This document shows positions 25,325 to 38,869 of a stretch of 64,000 nt of DNA, piece by piece. Made by a program: the position numbers and the translations under genes. This stretch comes from Octopus sinensis. Its lineage: Eukaryota. The first letter of the stretch is position 1; the number at the start of each line of letters is the position of its first letter. The notes beneath the pieces were generated by a model. It ran no database searches. It was given only the letters and a program-made list of their open reading frames with translations, and was not told the DNA's origin. The stretch covers positions 202,244,001-202,308,000 of the forward strand of contig NC_042997.1 of the NCBI RefSeq assembly GCF_006345805.1, read 5' to 3'.

Positions 25325-25715
25325 GTGCTAGTAGGGTGCCAAGAGCACCATCCAAGCATGATCGTCGCCAGAGCAGCCAACTGGCTTCCATGCTGGTGGC
25401 ACGTAAAAGGGCACTATTTGAGCGTGATCATTACCAACATCGCCTTACTGGCACCTGTGCTGGTGGCATGTGTAAAAAGATTCGAGCGAGGTCATTGCCA
25501 GTACTGCCTGACTGGCCCCCGTGCCGATGGCACGTAAAAAGCACCCACTACACTCTCAGAGTGGTTGGTATTAAGAAGGGCATATATCTGTAGAAACTCT
25601 GCCAGATCAAGATTGGAGCCTGGTGCAGCCATCTGGTTTGCCAGCCCTCAGTCAAATTGTCCAACCCATGCTAGCATGGAAAGCGGACGTTAAACGATGA
25701 TGATGATGATGATGA
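25325..25715 (+). mobile_element. RTE 3'-UTR fragment (family B)
   Basis: Tandem units, conserved UTR end and (GAT)n tail. Confidence 0.85.
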
Positions 25716-25729
25716 ATATTGTACCTTTA

Positions 25730-26125
25730 CACTTACTTTCCCATTGTCTTTTCCATCAAATCATAGTCCTTGAGAGCTATCCTTTATTGGACCAAACTGG
25801 TGGAAGTCAGACAATGTCAGATCCAAGTTGTATGGCAGATGGGATATCACTGACCACCTCGATATGTCAGTTGCCTTATTTCTTGCCAAAGATGTGTATA
25901 TTGTGCATTATCATGGTAAATGTGGATCATTTGCAGACTCTTGTTCTTCCTCCTAATGTCTTCTCTAAACCTTTTTCGTGTCTCAGTATATCGCTCACTT
26001 TTTCGTGATACAGACATGTTCCAGAAAATCAAAGAGAATGACACCCTTGTCATCTCAAACAACTGTTGTCATAACCTTTTGTGCCAATTGCTGCCTCTCT
26101 TAAATTTCTTACACCATTCCAAGAA
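25730..26125 (-). pseudogene. mariner transposase relic (catalytic domain)
   Basis: Minus-strand translation gives KVMTTVV*DDKGVILFDFL, HDNAQ and HLPYNLDLTLSDFHQFGPIKD, decayed versions of mariner HDNARPH and HPPYSPDLAPSDFHLF; frameshifted. Confidence 0.75.
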
Positions 26126-26260
26126 CTGAGCCTTATACATATATAATCTTCATCATCATTTAATGTCCACGGCTTGGATGGGTTGACAGGATCTGATGAG
26201 TACAAGGACTGCATTATATACATATACATGCGCGCACACACATGTACATATATAAAGATA

Positions 26261-26294
<34 letters not shown>

Positions 26295-26594
26295 AGAACA
26301 TGAACTGAGCGGGAGATATATTTTTATTAGAAATATTATCCTAGCTATTTGAAGCAGATATCTGGACAGAATTAATTTATCTATTTTTCCTCTTCTATTA
26401 TTGATCAGAAATATATTCATCATGAACAGATTTCCAATTTCCTATCTTTTCTTCTTTTTTCCCCACATTGGTTTCCATTCAGTCATTTCTAACATGTATA
26501 AAGACTATTGAATTGTTCCATTTGTTTGTTTGACAGAGGGGGAGAGAGGTTCTTCTCCCATAATATTGATTTTTCTCTCTGTTTTATTCAATAG

Positions 26595-26657
26595 ATTTGT
26601 TTATGAGAACCATGGAGCATTCTAGGACTAAAATCATTTTTCCTGGTTTTCTAACAG
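26595..26657 (+). CDS. Candidate 63-nt exon of an unidentified host gene
   Basis: Pyrimidine tract TTTTTCTCTCTGTTTTATTCAATAG| and CAG|GTAAGA donor in repeat-free sequence; only one open frame (phase 1-1): LFMRTMEHSRTKIIFPGFLT; no family recognised. Confidence 0.35.
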
Positions 26658-26971
26658 GTAAGAAAATGGAAAAACCTTTTAAATTTTTATTGCTGTATCA
26701 TTTATAGATTGCTAAAATTATATAATTCCAGCCTTTTGTTTTGTTTTCATTGGTAAATTTAATTCAATTTGGTCAGGTAAAACTGATGAATGGGCAGCTA
26801 ATAGTGACCATTACCAATGGCTAATTTTATAATTATATTTTTAGTGATTGATTGTTCTAAATGGAATTTGGAACATTATGAAATTTTTCCTTCAAATATC
26901 TTTTTTTTTTGCCATGCATTTTATGAAATACTTTGGTATTTTTAACTGCTTTTTCTCATTTATTTATTACA

Positions 26972-27004
<33 letters not shown>

Positions 27005-27526
27005 GGATTCTTTTATGTTTCACTGCAGGCTTTATAAATATTTTCTTTAGTGTCTGTGTTAGTGTGTCTGTATGTCTGCCTGTGTACTATACTCATGTGT
27101 GTCTGTGCACTTAAAAAGAACATTCAAACTGACTGTCTGGCACTAAAAAAAAAAACGGGATACAGCACCAAAAAGGTAGCTTCCTTTTATAGAAATTCCA
27201 TCTCGCTTCAATTTCATGATACTAAATTTAGCAGTTTTCCCCTGCTTTTATCAACAGCAACACCATCATCATAATTTTTGCCTCCAATCCTCATATTGAC
27301 ATGGATCCTTTCATTTTTCAATCCTTCATCCACTCCCTATTATTTTTCATGGAACAATTAATTCATTAACAATTTTCTTAACCCACAGTTATGCATGTGT
27401 GTGTGTGTATATATATATATATATAGTAGAATATAAGGATAAAAATCACATAATGATTTTTATCAGGTAGTCAGCATGCTATAAAAATTTACAGGTAATT
27501 TATGCATTAAATTAATAATCATATAC

Positions 27527-27562
<36 letters not shown>

Positions 27563-27566
<4 letters not shown>

Positions 27567-27682
27567 AGCATAGGCTCGAAACGTGAAAGATTTTCTCACT
27601 TTCCCGAGCTTCAAACTAATACACCTGCTTGTTGTTCATGCACCTGCCTTTGTCTTTTGTTTTTCTGTAAATTTCAATTATA
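27563..27682 (+). mobile_element. Truncated hammerhead-bearing element embedded in (TA)n
   Basis: AA-GAGC-ATAG-GCTC-GAAACGT-G-AAAGA (stem II, GAAA, palindromic stem III); downstream sequence is homologous to 36700-36821 minus. Confidence 0.55.
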
Positions 27683-27698
27683 CATACATACATACATA

Positions 27699-27749
<51 letters not shown>

Positions 27750-29273
27750 CAGAGAGGGGGGGAATGGATGCACTCAATACATGACAATTTTACTGTTCAG
27801 TTTTTTGGCTCTTATTTTTAGTCATTTTAAACTTCCACATTTGTGTGACACATATACACACACAATTATATTTGTGTAGTGCACTGTATTGATCATGATG
27901 TATAACCAGTGTTTAGAACACTTCGACAGATCCTTATTTGAGGAGCAAATCAGTTATTATTTCATGTGTCTTACTGCAACCCTTGTCACTGAATTGTTTA
28001 TGTAAATTCTTTGACTCATCTCAGCATACTTGTTATGTATATTCATACCATAATATTGTCCAAGGGTCATTATAACTTAGAGCTGTTTTTTATGTTATGC
28101 AATCTCTGATGATTTAATAATGTATCCTATCCATAAGGTATTTCCTTTCATAATAGATATTATTGTCAATGAAATATGTGTAAGAATGTAGTGAACATAC
28201 ATAAAATATTTATTTTTACACTTGTTTTCTCTCTCATTCTCTCTTTCTCCCCAACATACATACACACACACAAGTCAATATTTTTAGCTAGACATTCAAT
28301 CACTACAAGTTTGATAAGTATGATAGAATTACACTTCCATAGATGATGTCTTACAATTGCTAATTTAAAAGTTTGTATTAGTTACCAACGAATATTTCTC
28401 CCCCTGTTTTCCACTTACATTTGATCCACTTTAACTTTTCTTTAATGTTCCAGACATCAAAAATACTTTCACCCACTCAACTATCAATTAATTAGTTGTT
28501 TACTCCCAAGCAAGTTAACTGGGGTTGTACCTTGCTAGAAATTTGCCAGCATAGAAATAAATGTTCTTACTTCAATCATACTCCATACAGTTGAAAGTCT
28601 ACAGAAACACAACACCTACACACGACATGAAAATGATCAAAGAATATACATATTGAAATATTGCTGCAACAAGAACTCAAAACATAGGTTATAGCCCAAT
28701 AGGTTTTTGGTCTTCTAATAATAACTTGACTAAAAAAAGAATTCAGATAATGGATAGGAAATTATTTTCAACAAATTTACATTATCAAACTATGGAGTAA
28801 TATCTAAATATATCTATTAGTAAATTTCAGATTTCAGAAGCTAAATAAAATATTTTCTTTGTGCTTTCCCAAAGACTATGTTATAAACCTAAACTATTTA
28901 TCTATTCTATCTTGTTCAGCCATTATGTGCTTCTTCTCTACTAGATTATTTGATTACATAAGATAACATCTTTATATTACACACCTAGATAACAGGTGTA
29001 TAAATAATGTATATATCAGCATTGTATGATAAAGATGTAGTTACTATAATTGTTTCTGAAAGGATTTAGCAAGAAATGTATTCCATCTAAAAATATTTCT
29101 TTTATAAATTCATTTGATACATGTTTTAACACTTCCCATTTATCATCACTGCCACCACCACCACCACCACCTCCTCTTCATCAGTTAGTCTTAAATTTAA
29201 CAGGTTTGCAAAACAGTTAATTTCCACTTTTCTCAACCTTGCATCACCACAGTTATAAGGGGGAATACTTTAA

Positions 29274-29493
29274 CCCTTTAGCATTCAGATTATTTATTCA
29301 AACATAGCCCTTATTGATATGCATCATTTTGAATTAATTATGCATTATCTTGTAGCTTCGAGATTTCAATGATATGATTGTTTATTTCTAAAATGACATT
29401 GTAGGGTAGGTGTGAGAGACTAGATCTAGCCAGTTTGTACATAAAAGAGCTAGAATACATGGACTGGATGTGGCTGGTTTAAGTATTAAAGGG
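29274..29493. mobile_element. piggyBac-type MITE family 2 (opposite orientation)
   Basis: TTAACCCTTTAGCATT...TTAAAGGGTCAA. Confidence 0.7.
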
Positions 29494-30344
29494 TCAAAGA
29501 TCTAACTTTGCTTCTCCTTTTTGTGTCTTCCTTGCTCTTTGTCTGACAGAGACATCTTTTAATATTAACTCAAAGCACATTTTTATTCAACACTTATCAT
29601 CCTTTTGCAGCAATATATTCATCTCTTCTGTAAACATATTCTAATGTCTTTAACATCCAGTTCTTTCCTCATTTTACATACGCATGCCCTTTAATTCAAA
29701 TTAATATTGCACATCTTTCTACTCTTAACTCAACATCCTTGTAACCAGTTCATATTCACTGTCCATATCTCATATGTCATCTTATACTACTTGCCCAAGT
29801 TTCATACGGTCTTCTTTTGGTACAGAAAATACCGAACTACACAAAGAAGGATGAATTGGTGTGTCATCATCCGCAGTGCTAAGGTTATGATGTTTCTCAA
29901 GAGCACAGCATTGGGTAACCTTGAAATCAGAAAGATAATTAACAATCAGCTCATAATTGACTAGATCAGCATGGAGATGGCTGCGGTGAAAGTAGGGTGT
30001 ATATTTTGTAATAAGAGGATTGGAAGAAGTTCATGGATATGCTACATGTGTTGGTAATAAAGGGGTATTTTCTTGTACAAAAGAACAAAACAAAGGACAG
30101 CAAAGAAAAGAACAAAAAGGGAATATTTGTATCAGTGAGAAAATGCGAGAGAGAGAGAGAGAGAAGGTCTATGTCATTAAGGAGAGTAAAGGGGGGGTAG
30201 AAGATCTACAGGGGTTGGACAAAATAATGGAAACACCTTAGAATTTCAAACAAATTTAATTTGATATGGAGTAGGACCACCTCTGACAGTAATTACAGCT
30301 TGAATTCTATGAGATATGAATTCATACAAAGTTTGAATTGTAGT

Positions 30345-31268
30345 GATGGGATTGCTGTTCTTGTAGTGATGATGGTGGAGGATATGGAGTCCTTACTTGT
30401 TTTTCTAAAATGCACCATAAATGTTCAATAATATTGAGATCTGGGGACTGTGGTTGCCAGATAAGATGTTCCACTTCACTAGAATGTTCCTCATGCCATT
30501 CAGTAACAACTTTAGCTGTGTAAATTGGTGCATTATCATCCTGAAAGATTGCATTTCCCTCCGGAAACAGTTCCACAACCATAGGATGAATTTGATCAGA
30601 TAAAATGCTTGGATAGTCTTAACTATTAATTTTGCCATGAAGGGAAACCATTGGGCCGGCAGATTTCCAAGATATAGCCCCCCTCCCTCAGATCATCACA
30701 AATCCTCCTCCATGTTTAACAGTTGGAAAAAGTCAGTCTGGATCAAATGCTGTTAAAAGGGCTGTCTCCACACGTATACTCGGCCAGTGGTTGGAAATAA
30801 GGTAATGGATGACTCGTCCAAGAAAATAACGTTCTTCCACTGCTTTAGGGACCAATTCTGTAGGTTTTTACTCCACTCTAAATGCTTTACAATGTTTGTT
30901 TTTGAAAGTAGTGGTTTTCTGATTGCAGCCCTCCTGTGAAATCCAGCTTTGTGCAGCTCCCAGTGAACGGTTTTTGTGGAAACTGGATTCTCAAGGTGGT
31001 CATTAAGCTCTGCAGTAATTTGGGGAGCTGTACTTTTATGATCCTTTCTAACAATTCATGTAAGAGTACGACAGTCCCTATCTGAAAGTTTTGGTTTCCT
31101 TTCAGAGTTTTGTTTCGAGAAGGAAGTTTTTCTCTCTTTCTCAAAGGCCGTCATTACTAAGACAGTATTTCTTCATACACCAAATATTTCGGCTGTTTTC
31201 CTTATGCTAGCACCTGCCATATGAGCACCAACAATTTGATTTCTTTGAAAGTCCTATAGATCTGTCAC
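30345..31268 (-). pseudogene. Tc1 transposase pseudogene, DD36E spacing
   Basis: Reads DL*DFQRNQIVGAHMAGAS..., WKNVIFLDESS, and FQDDNAPIYT...WQPQSPDLNIIEHLW; several in-frame stops. Confidence 0.9.
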
Positions 31269-31342
31269 TTTAATGAATTTTAATAACTTTTTCTGATGAT
31301 ATCTGAAAAGAAACAGCAATTTTAACAAAACATATTAAGTAA

Positions 31343-31560
31343 CATCATCATCATCATCATCATCATCATCGTTTAACGTCCGTTTTCCGCGCTAGCACGG
31401 GTTGGACGGTTTCGACCGGGGTCTGGGGAGCTCGGGACTGCCCCAGGCTCCAGTCTAGTCTGGCAGTGTTTCTACAGCTGGATGCCCTTCCTAACGCCAA
31501 CCACTCCGCGAGTGTAGTGGGTGCTTTTTACGTGCCACGTTCGGATGGTGCTTTTTATGT
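31343..31560 (-). mobile_element. RTE 3'-UTR fragment nested in the Tc1 5' region
   Basis: (CAT)n tail followed by the reverse-complement family B UTR. Confidence 0.85.
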
Positions 31561-32229
31561 GGGGGGGGTGCAGAAATATAGGGGAGCACCAGTGGGGAGG
31601 GGTGGTTCAGAGAAATGATGACAGGTTCTAGGCAAGTAGAACGTAGGATATCGAGAGAGGGGTAATGCATGGTGAAATAGCGTATTGAAGAGGGGGTTCG
31701 AAGAGTAGACACCTATAATGGTGGTGGGAGAAGCGACATCCGGTATAGATGGAGCAAAATATAGAGATATCCGGTATTGGTGGTGGGGGTGGGAGTAATA
31801 ATAAATAAAAAAACATAAAAATAAACAAGCTTTTGACGGTTTTATAGATATTTCAAAATTACGATGCTTCCATTATTTTGTCCAACCCCTGTATATTATT
31901 CTGCATTTGTCTTTTATAAACACAAGCATGATCAAAATGTTTTACATAAAGAAAGAGCGTCATGAAGATCTATAAATTTATGCTTTTGAAGATATATTGA
32001 TAAATATTTAAATTAAAGTGAAATGAATGTAGCTGTAGAAGTTACACTTTTATCTTTTATGTGTTCTAGACCAACACTTAAGGCCATGCTGGGGCAATAT
32101 GGTTATTCTTTTTTTTTTTCCAGTTATTAGGTTTAAATGCTTGTCAATATTGTGAAAGCGAACAGATACGCACATTGGCAAAAGTGAAAGTAGATGTGAT
32201 AATTACTTAGAGAGACATACAGACAGACA

Positions 32230-32468
32230 ATGTTAGTACCACATAAAAAAACACCCGTTTCAGTGCCATCTAAAAAGCAGCCAAACCGGTGTCACATTAG
32301 AATAACACCCAATATAGTTTCTAAAGTGGTTGCCATTAGGAAAGGCATCCAGCCATAGAAACCATGCCAAAACAGACAATCAGTCTGGGCAACTCTCCAG
32401 CTTGCCAGCTTTTGTCAAACTGTCCAACCCATGCCAGCATGGAAAACAGGCATTAAATGATGATGATA
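32230..32468 (+). mobile_element. Degenerate RTE 3'-UTR fragment
   Basis: AAGTGGTTGCCATTAGGAAAGGCATCCAGCC...CCAACCCATGCCAGCATGGAAAA..GATGATGAT. Confidence 0.7.
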
Positions 32469-32668
32469 TATGAATATGCACACACACACACACACACACA
32501 GAGTAGCTTTATATATATATAATATATATATATACGCACACGCACTCAATATAGTAGGTACTATTTGTTGGTTTGTCATCTCAGTGAAAGCTCCATTTTA
32601 TACATCATCACCATTTAACGTCTGCTTTCCATGCTAGCATGGGTTGTGTGTGTGTATGTATGTATATG

Positions 32669-32767
<99 letters not shown>

Positions 32768-33346
32768 GTAATTCTTCAATAGATTTAAATTCAGAAATAC
32801 ATTTGAAAAATTATGAGAAAATAATACTTTTCTTTCTTTCTTTTTTTTTTTTTTGTAAATAAACTATATATACAACAAAAGAATGCAAGCAGGAATTTGT
32901 TGGTTTTTTTATTTTTTAAATTTCAATGCAGAGAACAGCTTAAAGAATAAGATGTGGTAACAAACAGAATTTTAGAATTCAACAGTTGATTTCCTAATCT
33001 AAATATCAGTGTATGTGGACAACTAGTCTCTTCAGACTTTGGAGTAGTATTTTGTCAACAGTCTCATCTCGGTTTGTTCAAAAGTGGATATTGATTTATC
33101 TATATATTTATCTTACATATTTTTCCCAAAGGCAGATTTTTGTTGTTTTTCTTTCTTTTTTTTTTTTTTAGATATTAGACTTGTGTGAATTATCAAACTA
33201 TTTCTTGGCATAAATAATTTAAAAGATGGAGAATGTTCCAAGACTGAAATTTGAAATTATATAATCATTCTTCATTTTTTGTTTGTTTGTTTGTTTTCTG
33301 TTTCTTTTTCTCGAAAAAAAATCCCTTGAGATTTTTTCTTTTAATC

Positions 33347-33387
33347 ATATGTGCACATATGTACGTCTATATGTGTGTGTTTATGTA

Positions 33388-33438
<51 letters not shown>

Positions 33439-33735
33439 TTATGTGTACATATGTGTGTGTGTGTGTTTATGTGTACATATGTGTGTGTGTGTGTGTGTGT
33501 TTATGTGTACATGTGTGTGTGTGTGTGTGTTATGTATGTGTGTGTGTGTTATGTGTACATATATGTGTGTGTGGTGTGTGTGTGTGTGTTTATGTGTACA
33601 TATATATATGTGTGTGTGTGTGTTTATGTGTACATATATATATGTGTGTGTGTGTGTTTATGTGTACATATATATGTGTGTGTGTGTTTATGTGTACATA
33701 TATATGTGTGTGCATATGTGTCCGTATGTGTATGT
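33347..33735. repeat. Microsatellite-derived minisatellite, unit (TG)n-TTTATGTGTACATAT
   Basis: About nine recurrences of TTATGTGTACAT separated by variable TA/TG runs. Confidence 0.9.
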
Positions 33736-35770
33736 AATAATGTACAGATTTAGTTCAGACAAAGTGGCTCAAAAATAAAGTCCATCTCCATATTTGAAAT
33801 GCAATCTCTACAACATTATTACTTGGAGACTGGCTAATATTGTTCTTATCGTATTTCACGATATAAGTTCAACTTTATTTCTGAGTGTCTCTTCACTTTA
33901 GCTGCTGTGTCTTTTCTCCATCATGGTATATATTATTGCTCTCAATTCGGTATATCTTTTTCCTCTTTTATTGAATTTTCTTACTAAGTTACTTTGCATG
34001 AATAAGTATTATTGCTGTAAATGCACAATATTTCTGCACATGGGTTACTCTATCATCATCATCATTTTTAATAATCATAATAACCATAATAATAATGAGC
34101 CTATTTTACGCAGTGCTCTGGTGTGCTAACAATAAAAATACTTGTGCATATGTGTATTGTATTTATACATATGTACATATATATACATATGTGTGTGTGT
34201 GTATTGTTATATTTTCCCTGATGATTGAGAAATGTCATATAACATTTGTCTGGAAAGAAATGCACTAATTAACCATCAAAGTAATTAAGGACCCTGTATT
34301 ACGTAGGCTGAGGGCTATATGCAAAAGCTCTCAAATTAATTTGGTTATGGAGCCCATTCATCATCATCATCATGTTCTCTGTTCATATTTCTTCTGGACT
34401 CAATAAAATAAAGTACTAATCAAGAACTGTGTACTTTTGTTGACCTATACCAACCCTTGAGACTTGTGTCTAATTGTGTCTAATTTAAACAACAATAATG
34501 ATGATGATGGTAATAATAATAACAATAATAATAATGATCCATTTTCCTAAAATCAGATATTGCGTAGTTAATTTCTATCAGAATAAATATAAAATTTTTA
34601 TTTTAATTGAAAATTAAAATAAAACATTTTTCTTAATTGAAACTTTTTTTTTCCACAGAAAAGCTTTTAAAGTTTTGTGTCTTTAATAACTAAACAATTA
34701 TCACATGCAAAAATTATTCCCAAACATAAAGTTAGATGCTTGAACTCAATAAAGATTAAAGAAGATATTTTAATTTAGCAGTAATCTTTTGAATTACTAA
34801 ATAAATGTTTTGATAGAGAAAACAAAAGAAAAGAACCATAATTAGTTTTTTAAAAATAAAATAGAAAATCTTTAACAGTAATTTTTGAGAACAAATGTCA
34901 CATGAACTATTCTGAACAGAAAAAAAAAGAACAGCTTGTAATTAATCTGGAAATAATTGCTATTGACCTCTAAATGATTAAAAGTTGTGTGAATAGCTTC
35001 ATTTCACTACAGACTATATTATACAATATTAGACATGCTGCTTCTACTTGTAAATGCTAGAAGGCAAAATGAATTAGTTTTGTTAGATTTTTTTTTTTAC
35101 TTTTTTTCTTGCTTCTAGCCAAAGATCTTATTAAAAACCAATTTTAGCGAATAAATATCATAAAGTCTATCATAAACACCCGCCTCTAAATAAACTTTTA
35201 AAGGATAAAAAGCCAATTTTGTGCAAATGGCAACCAACCAGCCAATATGTAAAAGAACTTTTGTGGCAAGTTTATCTCATCTAACGGAACCAACAACCCA
35301 TTACTGTCAGTGCAGTTTTTTTCTTCTTGTATTCACTTTCTCGGTCCTTGAACAAACAAATACATCATAGAATAGTAGAGACTGATTTAATTGAATGGGA
35401 TATAAAGCAGCCACACAATAAAATGCACCCAGTACACTCTGCAAAGTGTTTGGTTATAGGAAGAATTTCCAGCCATAGAAACCAAGTTGAAAATAAGATA
35501 AAATTAATATATGGTTTTGAAACAGCCTTAAATTAAAATACAGCTAGCGCTGTTCTATGTTTGTATGCATAATATAAATGTGTATACACATTGGTATACG
35601 AAAATACAATCTGTGTGCAAGCCATGTTCCTCTGACCCATCTAAGAGGGCAGTAATCCTAAACAAGGACTGGCTTGGTGTGTAACAACTGGTCCAACTCA
35701 TGCCAGCATTGATAGCAGACATCAACTGATAATAGTGAAAACAAATAAGAACCAGTGAGATATCCTAAGT

Positions 35771-36064
35771 CAGTGATTCTCAACCAGGCTCCATGTAAGA
35801 TTTTTTGGGGATGGGGGGGTTCACATAACGAAATAGTAAATTGGAAATCCACAATAGTATTTTAAGGACCCCTGAAAATTTGCAAGAAACAGCTAAGTTT
35901 TCTTTTTTATCAACTTTTTACATAGTTCACATTAGAGAAGAAGTTAATGTGTGAAAAACAAAATAGGAACTTTGAAAGAAGTTTCAGTCGAATGGCTATG
36001 AGGGTCCACTACAATAAAATAGTAATCAAAGGGTCCATTGGTAAAAAACGGTTGAGAACCCCTG
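35771..36064. mobile_element. hAT-type MITE
   Basis: TIRs CAGTGATTCTCAACC / GGTTGAGAACCCCTG; degenerate 8-bp TSD TCCTAAGT / CTTTAAGT. Confidence 0.7.
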
Positions 36065-36364
36065 CTTTAAGTAATCGCTCAGTCTGCTTGAAATAACAGC
36101 CTTCACTTCATTACATTGTGCCCTAATGTCCTAGGGAAACAGAAGATGACTGAGAACTGAAAAGTGGAGCTGACAATTTGTCAGGTTTCACAAATTTTTG
36201 TTTTAAACTACTTAAATTTATCTACGGGGGAAAAAAAAAATTGAATTATTTGAATGTAAATTCAATTATTTCTTTATTAATTAGTGTCTGGAGGTCAAAA
36301 GATTTCACTAATTTTATTTTTTGAGCAGGTTCTAGTTCCTTCAGTTTGAGAATTTCTGATATAA

Positions 36365-36587
36365 CTCTTTAGCATTTAAACTGGCTGTATCCAGCCCAAA
36401 TACCGTACCTGTTTTATACTCAAGCCAGCCAGATTTATCCTCTCACACCTACCCTACAATGTCATTCTAAAAATATATTATAATCACGTCATCAAAATTT
36501 TGAAACTATCAGATAATGTACGATTAATTCAAAACAATGTGAAGAAACAAACATTACATTTGACAGAATAATTTGAATGCTAAAGGG
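36365..36587. mobile_element. piggyBac-type MITE family 2
   Basis: TAACTCTTTAGCATTT...AATGCTAAAGGG-TTAA. Confidence 0.75.
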
Positions 36588-36699
36588 TTAAAGGACTTCT
36601 AATGAGGCCCCAAATGTATTTAATAATACATACTATAACAAAAAATAATCCAAGCATATCAATTATATTTCACTCCCTCTGTGTGTGCGTGTGTGTGTG

Positions 36700-36825
36700 T
36701 ATAGTCAATTCAAATAAATACATAAGAACAGACAATGTGAAGACATGTATAAGATATGTATTAGCTTGACACTCAGTGAAAGGAGAGAGTTTGACTTATC
36801 AAGCCTGTTCTTCATCAGAAAGGAG
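36700..36825 (-). mobile_element. Decayed hammerhead-bearing element (same family as 27563)
   Basis: Minus: TTT-CTGATGA-A-GAACAGGCTT-GATAA-GTC-AAA, then CTTTCACTGAGTGTCAAGCTAATACA; ends in a (CA)n tract. Confidence 0.5.
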
Positions 36826-37704
36826 AAAGGGGAACAGTCAAAAGAAGGAAAAGAAATCGCCAACGGCAGCTGTGTAGTTACATTGCTGAAGTGTGTGTGT
36901 ACATGTGTACACAAACATGAATATGCCATGGGCTTTCTTTGAATTTCTGTCCCAAACCCACTCACAAGGCTTTGATTGGCATAGGACCATAAAAAAAAGA
37001 CACTTGCCCAAGGTGCCACACAGTGGGACTGAACCTGAAATTGTAGTTAGGAAGCAAACTTCTTTGCCACCCAGCTATGCTTTCTCCTGATTATAAATAA
37101 TAACAATCATTGGAGTTAAGTCAATTAGTTTGTTAACTTACACCAAATGTTTTACATTCGACTAAATCTCTATTTTTAATTAGAACTTTTAATTTTATTA
37201 ACTTTTTCATCTTTTGTATTTATATTTTAACTCTGCTCATTTCACTACAACCATTTTGTATTCATACAGCATGTTTATTAATATCATTCGTTAATTGTTC
37301 TGCAAAATGGTTTTAATTAAATAACGAAGTCTTCAAAACTATCAGTCTGATTTAAATTGATTTATTTTACCATGCTACAGTTTTATGTTCTGTTTGTTTT
37401 ATTCATTTCAAAATTCAATAAATATTGGTATTAGTAGCAGCTTAGTTTTCTTCAAGGAAGTGATTATTAATTTAAATTTTTCTAATATATTTTATTCGTT
37501 GGATGAAATGGTTGGCACCTCCAACTTTGAATATTTCATGTTAGGGGGGGAAAAAAAAAGTTTACAGTCAAAGAACATCCCAGAGGGAATTGACAGATGT
37601 TTTTGCTAAGAATCCAGCACAGTTAAATTCAAAGACTAAATATTTTAAAGTGAAACAGTGTAAAGAATTGTGTGTGTGAATGTATATTGCTATAAGGTAG
37701 AACC

Positions 37705-37920
37705 AAGGCAGCGAGTTAGCGGAATTGTTAACGTGACAGACAAAATGTTTAGTGGAATTTCATCTGGGTTTACATTCTGAGTTCAAATTCCACAAAGGTC
37801 GACTTTGCCTTTCATCCTTTTGGGATTGATAAAATAAGGACCAGTTGAACACTGGGATCGATTTAATAAACTTACCCCCTCCCCAAAAAAAACTGCTGGC
37901 CTTGTGCTTAAATTTGAAAC
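37705..37920 (+). mobile_element. SINE family C
   Basis: Head AAGGCAGCGAGTTAGC, B box and Meta-like domain. Confidence 0.75.
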
Positions 37921-38869
37921 TACTACGAGGTAAAACAGGTATGAGCATCCAACTGTGAAAAACCTGCCTCAATGAATTTTATCTGAACCATGAAAATATG
38001 GAAAGAGGTTAAAGTGATGATGATGATGATGGTGATGATACTTTGATAAATTTATCTGTCCCTCACAAGTGAGTGTAATTTCACAAGTCATTTTAGGTGC
38101 CTGTACTGTTGCAACTCAACCCTTTGGATCCTTCCACCTTTGATTCAGCAGAAAATTGAATCTGTGAGTGGAGGGAGAAAGAGCTGCACCGGCAATAAAT
38201 TGATGCTCATTTCTGTGGAGTAGATTGGCACAAAAGTGAAAAACAAGTGCCTTGCTCAAGGTCACAATTCATTGCTCAGTCCAAGATGAGTCGAACACTT
38301 GCCACTGAGCCATCATGTGGTAAAATAGCTTTTATCATTATAAACTTTAAAATTTCCTATCTTGTAGACTTGTGATGAATCAAAGAAGAGAATTACCCAG
38401 CAGTCAAGTTATCTGAATTATCTAAATTTAATCTAATTTCAAATATTCTGCAAAACATATCCAACCATGGGAAGATATTACTTGCTTGGAAATTAGTGAG
38501 AGTTGGTGACAGGAAGTCTGCACATACATCCATCCATCCATCCAAGCCATGTAAGCATGAAAATGTGAATGTTAAAATGTTGAAGATATATGTATATATA
38601 TATATGTGTGTGTGTGTGCATGTATGTACACAGAGACCATGAGCTTCTTCTCAGTTTCTGCCCTCCATATTCACTCAGAAGGCTTCAGTTTGCCTGTTTC
38701 TATAGTAGAAGACATCTACCCATGATATGCAGTGGAACTGTATCTCAAACCACTCAGTCTCACATTACATTCCATATAAAATTAACTTGGCAACATATTG
38801 ACAAAACAGAAGGTTGAATGCCATTATGTTGAAATACAAACTGTATAATTTTGTTATTATTATTATCAT

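Larger units (their letters stand above)
30209..31891 (-). mobile_element. Tc1-family DNA transposon with both TIRs; decayed, with a secondary insertion upstream of the ORF
   Basis: Perfect 24-bp TIR CAGGGGTTGGACAAAATAATGGAA at both ends; TA TSD at 30207-30208 and 31892-31893. Confidence 0.93.

Noticed and set aside
34217-34245. CTGATGA...GAAA near-hammerhead
   Set aside because: No stem II or stem I pairing; other isolated CTGATGA/CTGAAGA words (7113, 8359, 14543, 26194, 26783) were rejected for the same reason
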